Origin: Thermoanaerobaculia bacterium
GTDB taxonomy: Bacteria; Acidobacteriota; Thermoanaerobaculia; Multivoradales; UBA5704
NCBI GenBank assembly: GCA_045807625.1
Contig: JBJMHA010000044.1
Span: forward strand, 12,319-76,318
Reading direction: 5' to 3'
Length of the DNA stretch: 64,000 bases
The position numbers were made by a program, and so were the translations under genes. Below the pieces are notes generated by a model. The model ran no database searches. It was not told the DNA's origin and saw nothing but the letters and a program-made list of their open reading frames with translations. Below, one piece after another: positions 61,701-64,000 of this stretch. Every line of letters starts with the position of its first letter. The stretch's first letter is position 1.

Positions 61701-64000
61701 GCCACGCGGTTGGCCCAGCGGTCCAGGGCGGCGTAGGTCAGCCGGCGGCCTCCGTGTGCTACCGCCAGCGCGCCCGGAGCCCGCCGCGCCCGCTCCTCGA
61801 TGCGCCTGTACACCGGCACCGGAGCCGGGCGTCCGCCCTGCGCCTCGGCCGCCGCCCCACCCTCGACGACCAACTCGCCGATCTCCGCCGAGCTGAGGAG
61901 GGGGAGGTCGGTGAGCCGGGTGCCGGGTGCCGCGGCGGCGCCGCGCAGGAGCTCCGCGAAGTGGGCGAGGATCCGCCTCGCCGTGGCCCGCTCGAAGCGG
62001 TCGGTGCTGTATTCCAGCAGCAGGCTCAGGCTCTCCCCCTCTCCCAACGTCACCAGGCTGAGGTCGAACTTCGAGGTGCCGTGCTCGAGGCTCCGCAGCT
62101 GCGTCGAGAGGCCCGGGAGCCGCAGGGCGAGAGAGGTCTCCTGGTGCGCGAAGATGGCCTCAAACAGCGCCTTGCGGCCGGCGCCACGGCCGGGGCGCAG
62201 CTCCTCCACCAGCAGCTCGTAGGGCACGTGCCGGCGCTCGTGCGCGGCGAGGGCGCTCTCACGCACCCGGGCGATCAGCTCGGCGAACGGCTGGTCGCCG
62301 AACGGGCGGGCGCGCATCACCAGCATGTTCACGAAGAACCCGATCAGCCCCTCGAGCTCGCGGCGGTCACGCTGGGCGACCGGCGTGCCGATGGCGAAGT
62401 CGCGCTGGCCGGTATAGCGGTAGAGGAGGGCCTGGAACGCCGCGAGCAGGACCATGAAGCGGGTGGCCCCGGCCTGGCTCGCCAGCTCCTCCAGCCTGCC
62501 GACGGTCTCCGGCGCGAGCGCCAGGGTCTCGACGGCGCCCCGCGAGCGGGCGGCGGCGGGGCGTGCGTGGTCGGCCGGCAGCTCGAGGGCCGGCAGCTCC
62601 GCCAGGCGGTCCCGCCACCAGGCGAGCGGGTGGGTGAGGGTCTCGGGGGTGAGCGTCCGCCGCTGCCACACCGCGAAGTCGGCGTACTGGACCGGCAGCT
62701 CCGGCAGGGGGGGCTCCGGGACGCCGGCGGCGAGGCCGGCATAGAAGGTCTCGAGCTCGCGCAGGAACAGCTCGACGGAGCCGCCGTCGGCCACCAGGTG
62801 ATGGACGGTCAGCAGGAGAGCCGATCGGCTGGCGGAGCACTGGACCACCCTCGCCCGCAACATCGGTCCGGTCTCGACATCGAAGGGGCGGACCGCCTCC
62901 TCGCGGCTCAGGCGGTCGAGCTCGGCGGCGGCCCGGTCCGCCCGGAGATGGCGGAGGTCGATCCGGGGAATCTCCAGGCCGGCGGCCGGAGGGGTGGCGA
63001 TCTGAGAGGGCTCCTCGCTGAGGAGCGGGAAGCGGGAGCGCAGCACCTCGTGGCGGCGGACGATGTCCCGCAGGGCGCCGGCCAGGGCCGGCAGGTCGAG
63101 CGGCCCGTCGATCTCCAGGACGACCGGCATGTTGTACGACGCGCTGTCCGGCTCCAGCCGGGCGAGGAACCAGAGCCGCCGCTGGACCAGCGACAGCGGC
63201 ATGGCGCCGTCGCCCGGGCGAGGGACCGGCAGGACCGGCGGCAGCTCGGAGGCGGGCCCGCCGCCGCGCAGCTCCATCACGCGGCCGGCCAGGGCCTCGA
63301 CGGTGGGGGCCTCGAAGAGCGCGCGCAGCGGCAGGTCGACGCCGAGCGTCTCGCGGATGCGGGAGGCCACCCGCACGGCGGCCAGGGAGTGGCCGCCCAA
63401 CTCGAAGAAGTCTACGTCGCGGTCGGGGCGCGGGACGCCGAGCGTCTCGGACCAGAAGCCGGCGATCAGCTCCTCCACGGGCCCCTGGAGGAGGGCGGCG
63501 CCCCCGGCGCCCGTCTCGCGCTCGGGCTGCAGGGCCGCCAGGGCCCGGCGGTCGATCTTGCCGGTGGTCGTCAGCGGCATCTCGCCCAGCACGGTGAAGG
63601 TGGCGGGGACCATGTAGGACGGCAGGTGGCGGCCCAGGGCGGCCCGGACCTCCTCCAGAGCGCCGGCCGCCGCCGAGGGCTCGGGCACCAGGAACGCGGC
63701 CAGGGCGGCGTCGCCGGTGCCGTCCTGGCGGGCCACGACGACGGCCTGGCGCACCGCCGGATGCGCGCGCAGCGCCTCCTCGATCTCCCCCAGCTCGATG
63801 CGGAAGCCGCGGACCTTGACCTGATGGTCGATCCGGCCGAGGTAGTCGAGGTCGCCGTCCGGCCGGTGGCGCGCCAGGTCTCCGGTCCGGTAGAGCCGGC
63901 CGCCCGGCTCCCGTCCGAAGGGATCGGGGAGGAAACGCTCGGCGGTGAGGTCGGGACGGTCCAGATACCCGCGCGACAGGCCGGCGCCGCCCAGGAAGAG
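52757..64000 (-). CDS. NRPS, 5'-truncated by the window edge: ..A-T-C-A-T-C-A-T-Cy-A(Cys)[Ox]-T
   Basis: The track ORF is 52757..63754, but the same frame stays open to 64000. There it reads LFLGGAGLSRGYLDRPDLTAERF..LYRTGDLAR..QVKVRGFRIELGEIE (A-domain cores A7-A8), so the gene starts beyond the window. Four carriers, two C domains, one Cy domain and an oxidase insert are visible. Confidence 0.93.
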   Translation of the reverse strand, partial: LFLGGAGLSRGYLDRPDLTAERFLPDPFGREPGGRLYRTGDLARHRPDGDLDYLGRIDHQVKVRGFRIELGEIEEALRAHPAVRQAVVVARQDGTGDAALAAFLVPEPSAAAGALEEVRAALGRHLPSYMVPATFTVLGEMPLTTTGKIDRRALAALQPERETGAGGAALLQGPVEELIAGFWSETLGVPRPDRDVDFFELGGHSLAAVRVASRIRETLGVDLPLRALFEAPTVEALAGRVMELRGGGPASELPPVLPVPRPGDGAMPLSLVQRRLWFLARLEPDSASYNMPVVLEIDGPLDLPALAGALRDIVRRHEVLRSRFPLLSEEPSQIATPPAAGLEIPRIDLRHLRADRAAAELDRLSREEAVRPFDVETGPMLRARVVQCSASRSALLLTVHHLVADGGSVELFLRELETFYAGLAAGVPEPPLPELPVQYADFAVWQRRTLTPETLTHPLAWWRDRLAELPALELPADHARPAAARSRGAVETLALAPETVGRLEELASQAGATRFMVLLAAFQALLYRYTGQRDFAIGTPVAQRDRRELEGLIGFFVNMLVMRARPFGDQPFAELIARVRESALAAHERRHVPYELLVEELRPGRGAGRKALFEAIFAHQETSLALRLPGLSTQLRSLEHGTSKFDLSLVTLGEGESLSLLLEYSTDRFERATARRILAHFAELLRGAAAAPGTRLTDLPLLSSAEIGELVVEGGAAAEAQGGRPAPVPVYRRIEERARRAPGALAVAHGGRRLTYAALDRWANRVARELRARGAGPDRVVGVLFEPCPERVVACLAALKAGAAYLPLDPAHPAERLALTLEDASVAALVTSPALRGVAPEGVPVLSLDEAGGPPEPGHPGGEGLGIEVPPEAAAYVIYTSGSTGRPKGSLLTHAGLANLTDWYLETCRMAPSDRVTQLAGPAFDVSILDLWPPLCAGASLHCVDRDLQRSPAALWRWMAEERITLGFLSTPVAEAAMEEPLPEEGLSLRVLATGGDRLHRWLRPELPFVLVNLYGPSEVTVVSTFAVLTPGEEGESAPPIGRPVTNLRVVLLDGDLRPVPKGAPGEIYVGGVGVGRGYLGRPDLTAERFVPDPLADEPGSRLYRTGDRGRLLPSGDLEFLGRIDFQVKIRGFRVEPGEVEVALGAHPAVRQAAVLAVEDEPGSGARLVAYVTLNGAATPEELRQHLVGALPDPMVPGDILLVPELPLTPNGKIDRQALPERHGTRAGRTSSAVAPRTPTEAALAVLWAGLLRRDPVAIAVDDDFYELGGHSLMATRLLARIRQTFRIDPPLRELFEAPTLEEMAARLDTYQAAAEAPPLRPRERGERGCLSFTQERLWLLDRLEPGAAYNMPAAVALRGRLDVQALGRALAEVVRRHESLRTVFRDEAGVPYQRVEPSAPVRLEVVDLSALPPAGREREAARLAAEEAVRPFDLAVGPLFRAAALRLCESEHRLLLTLHHIVADGWSVGVLIDEITALYPAALDGGTPSLPDLPLQYADFAEWQRDRLRGDTLERELGHWTARLGNPPPPLDLPTDFPRPRVQTYRGGRRSLTLPLGLTGDLTELARSSGATPFMVLLAGFSILLRRWSGAKDLIVGSPVAGRTQPEVEGMIGVFVSTLALRVDLSGNPSFQDLLARVREVAIEAYAHQEVPFEAILARVQPERDAGRTPLFQVFLNMLNLEPRKLRLPGCKLKALASGEMPSKFDLTLYAAEREGSLRLDLVYNADLFLPGRVEEMLRQLASVLAQAAADPARPVDRLSLLTPEAVAVLPDPQQPIEPVWAGPAHQALSRHAVRRPRHVALADRRGEWTYAELGALTGRLAGRLREAGVGHGDVVAVWAHRSAALALALAGAHRAGAAFAVLDPAYPPARLAAALRLAKPVAWLRLEAAPAPAAEVEEALSGLPLRCRIDLPGTPAAAGAAFASFPDCGEVAVGPDDLAYVAFTSGSTGEPKGILGSHGPLSHFLGWHSRTFGLTEDDRFSLLSGLAHDPLLRDVFTPLWVGATLCIPDAQEMESGRRLAGWMGGQGVTVSHLTPALAELLATAPAENGVPSLRHAFFGGDLLRRRTVEGLRRLAGAAACVNFYGATETPQAMGWLPLDAAPSGREEVPVGRGIEGVQLLVLNASGDLAGIGESGEIHIRTPYLSQGYLGDEALTRERFLANRLYRTGDLGRYLPDGTVEFAGRKDGQVKLRGFRIELGEIEAALAAHPRVLTAAVLLLETAAGEKRLAAYVVPNDATAPPAAELRTFLGQRLPDYMVPAAFVELPALPLTPNGKLDRRRLPAPDWSAAPEAGPVDPLQDPIEEVVCEILAELLGRERVGRSASFFELGGHSLLAARLLAQVETAFGVSLSLREVFLAPTAAGIATVLRERLGRPAGDGATLPSIEPAPADLGLPFPMTDVQQAYWVGRTGAIELGKVASHRYLELESEDLDVDRLAHAWRCLIARHGMLRAVVDADGRQRILTEVPAYAIAAEDLSVLPAAVAEMRLADLREELSHQVFCTDRWPLFEIRTCRLAEGRVRLFFSFDYLIGDAWSFQVLLRELLWLYHDPAATLPPLELSFRDYVMALERLRGSDLYTRARDYWRERLPSLPGGPELPLVRDPALLAEQRFARRRARLEPEAWRRLKARGAAAGLTPSGLLLAVFSEVLGIWTRSPRFSLVLTLFGRLPLHRQVNDLVGDFTSTTLLTVERGEAETFEARARRLQERLWSDLDHRYFSGVQVMRELASRQGGRLRSITPIVFTSTLDLREAAGGSAPALPGRVVYGVSQTPQVLLDHQAAERQGSLVLNWDAVEEVFPPGYLDEMFEAYQAFLGRLADGDGWQERSFRLVTGSQLAPRNAANDTAAPIPPGLLHEPFADQVRRNPDRIAVICGERVLTYGELDQRAEALAQTLRALGTRPNRLVGVVMEKGWEQTVAVFAILRAGGAYLPIDAELPQERLWYLLRQGEVEVAITQPRFDAELEWPEEVRRIAVDPAPPAAPVAHAPQPPQDPEDLAYVIFTSGSTGVPKGVMTDHRGALNTLVDLNERFAIGEEDRVLGLSALNFDLSVYDIFGLLAAGGALVLPDPGERRDPSRWERLLLDHRVTVWNTVPALMEMLVEYLEGCGRPMPPSLRLVMISGDWIPVGLPARIRTLAPDICVRSLGGATEASIWSILYPIGEVDPSWRSIPYGKAMVNQTFHVLDERLDPSPTWVPGELYIGGIGLAKGYWRDPEKTARSFITHPATGERLYRTGDLGRYLPSGDIEFLGREDFQVKVQGHRIELGEIESALLQHPDVRTAVVNPVGSGTSRRLVAYVVPERHPEPPSRAAGPAPPAPAPLPPPEGQAEGGRLDPLQALEFKLGQPSLRREPDRPLLPFSRQNGDFDLLEAYERRRSRRSFSPAALSASRLGGMLLQLAQVPLASRRLPGHLYASAGSLYPVQVYLHLKPGAVEGLPAGTYYYNPAEHALVPLVEGALIDRDAHSPVNRAVADAAGLILLLVGDLDAIAPVYGDMARDFCLLEAGYVGQLLMTTSLESGIGLCPVGRMDFEPLRLLFDLKPSHCFLHAFLAGPVDETASPAAVSGRPASAGEDLSGRLRRFLAGKLPHYMVPTAFLLLDTLPLTSNGKVDRRALPEPDLHGETTGGGHLPAENDVERSILEVWKRVLQLETVGRHDNFFELGGNSVTMIQVYNQLREILGGDIPLVTLFEHPTASSLARHLSDREGVADAVGVERGQDRADRRREAARQKEQRRRPRPGMPEDPTDE
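52900..53110 (-). other. Peptidyl carrier (T) domain
   Basis: NFFELGGNSVT; Ser codon at 53006-53008. Confidence 0.9.
53165..55480 (-). other. Adenylation domain, hand-read code DLYNMSLIWK (Cys; 9 of 10 identical to DLYNLSLIWK), interrupted by an oxidase insert
   Basis: Cores TSGSTGVPKG (~54962-55015), NFDLSVYD, TVWNTVPA, MISGDWIP, SLGGATEASIW and QVKVQGHRIELGEIE (~54195-54245). After the insert comes LPLTSNGKVDR (~53165-53205). Confidence 0.8.
53340..54000 (-). other. FMN-dependent oxidase (Ox, nitroreductase-like) domain inserted between A-domain cores A8 and A10
   Basis: About 220 aa: RRSRRSF..GHLYASAGSLYPVQVYL..GTYYYNPAEHAL..LLEAGYVGQLL..GLCPVG. The placement is as in EpoB/MtaD-type thiazole-forming modules. 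Confidence 0.8.
55500..56815 (-). other. Heterocyclization (Cy) domain
   Basis: FPMTDVQQAYWVGR start; DxxxxD motif FDYLIGDAWS (codons 56399-56416) in place of HHxxxDG. Confidence 0.88.
56895..57105 (-). other. Peptidyl carrier (T) domain
   Basis: SFFELGGHSLL; Ser codon at 56999-57001. Confidence 0.9.
57160..58680 (-). other. Adenylation domain with an HDP-type A4 core, hand-read code DPRHFGFQAK (unassigned)
   Basis: Cores FTSGSTGEPKG (~58135-58185), LSGLAHDPLLRDVFTPL, VTVSHLTPA, AFFGGDLL, NFYGATETPQAMG and LPLTPNGKLDR. Confidence 0.7.
58710..60045 (-). other. Condensation (C) domain, canonical
   Basis: LSFTQERLWLLDRLEP; HHIVADGWS (codons 59603-59623). Confidence 0.85.
60080..60290 (-). other. 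Peptidyl carrier (T) domain
   Basis: DFYELGGHSLM; Ser codon at 60185-60187. Confidence 0.9.
60350..61850 (-). other. Adenylation domain, hand-read code DVLFAGLVVK (unassigned, hydrophobic pocket)
   Basis: Cores AAYVIYTSGSTGRPKG (~61330-61385), PAFDVSILD, ITLGFLSTP, LATGGDRL, NLYGPSEVTVV and LPLTPNGKIDR. Confidence 0.65.
61890..63225 (-). other. Condensation (C) domain
   Basis: MPLSLVQRRLWFLARLEP; HHLVADGGS (codons 62783-62803). Confidence 0.85.
63280..63490 (-). other. Peptidyl carrier (T) domain
   Basis: DFFELGGHSLA; Ser codon at 63386-63388. Confidence 0.9.
63545..64000 (-). other. C-terminal part of an adenylation domain (N-terminal part lies outside the window)
   Basis: GYLDRPDLTAERF, LYRTGDLAR, QVKVRGFRIELGEIE, LPSYMVPATF and MPLTTTGKIDR, all read in the CDS frame. 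Confidence 0.85.

Noticed and set aside
63752-63754. ATG at 63754 as the true start of the rightmost NRPS.
   Set aside because: The same frame stays open to base 64000 and encodes A-domain cores (GYLDRPDLTAERF, LYRTGD, QVKVRGFRIELGEIE). The Met is internal and the gene is truncated by the window.
1-64000. Search by eye for tRNA/rRNA genes, CRISPR arrays, IS or transposase ends, integrase genes, rho-independent terminators, and MbtH-like, PPTase or type II thioesterase genes.
   Set aside because: There is no non-coding space longer than 42 nt. No direct-repeat/spacer pattern, no stem-loop followed by a T-tract at gene ends and no small ORF with an MbtH signature were seen. The modular repeats are ordinary paralogous NRPS/PKS domains.

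Overview
Very GC-rich window (about 70% G+C by eye; third codon positions are almost all G/C). It is essentially one minus-strand operon, transcribed right to left, encoding a giant hybrid NRPS/PKS assembly line. Genes in transcription order: (1) 52757..64000, 5'-truncated NRPS ..A-T-C-A-T-C-A-T-Cy-A[Ox]-T; (2) 41536..52764, KS-AT-KR-DH-ACP-C-C*-A(Thr)-T-C; (3) 37022..41539, I-A(Asx)-T-E; (4) 30758..37021, C-A(Gln)-T-C-FkbH; (5) 27966..30764, T-C-TauD; (6) 24737..27949, I-A(Asx)-T; (7) 21321..24740, C'-A(Asx)-T; (8) 8911..21303, KS-AT-KR-ACP-C-A-T-C-A-T-C; (9) 7819..8868, free-standing TauD/SyrP-like hydroxylase; (10) 604..7794, I-A(Asp)-T-C-A(Asp)-T-TE; (11) 1..592, 5' part of a MacB/FtsX ADOP-type permease. 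Here I is a C-superfamily domain lacking HHxxxDG (interface-type), C* is a further degenerate C-like domain, and C' is a divergent C domain. Sixteen carrier domains are visible, loaded by 13 A domains (one partial), 2 AT domains and 1 FkbH domain. Gene junctions overlap or are at most 42 nt apart, so the promoter and loading module lie beyond the right edge. Colinear reading with hand-extracted specificity codes gives X-X-X-thiazole(Cys)-[C2 unit, KR+DH]-Thr-D-Asx-Gln-glycerate-(OH)Asx-Asx-[C2 unit, KR]-Dab-like-basic?-(OH)Asp-Asp, released by the TE. All plus-strand ORFs and out-of-frame minus-strand ORFs in the track are judged to be GC-driven shadow ORFs. No rRNA, tRNA, CRISPR, IS elements or obvious terminators were seen. 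The permease family suggests an acidobacterial origin (inference). Domain boundaries are approximate (about +/-60 nt); motif codon positions were read directly from the sequence.
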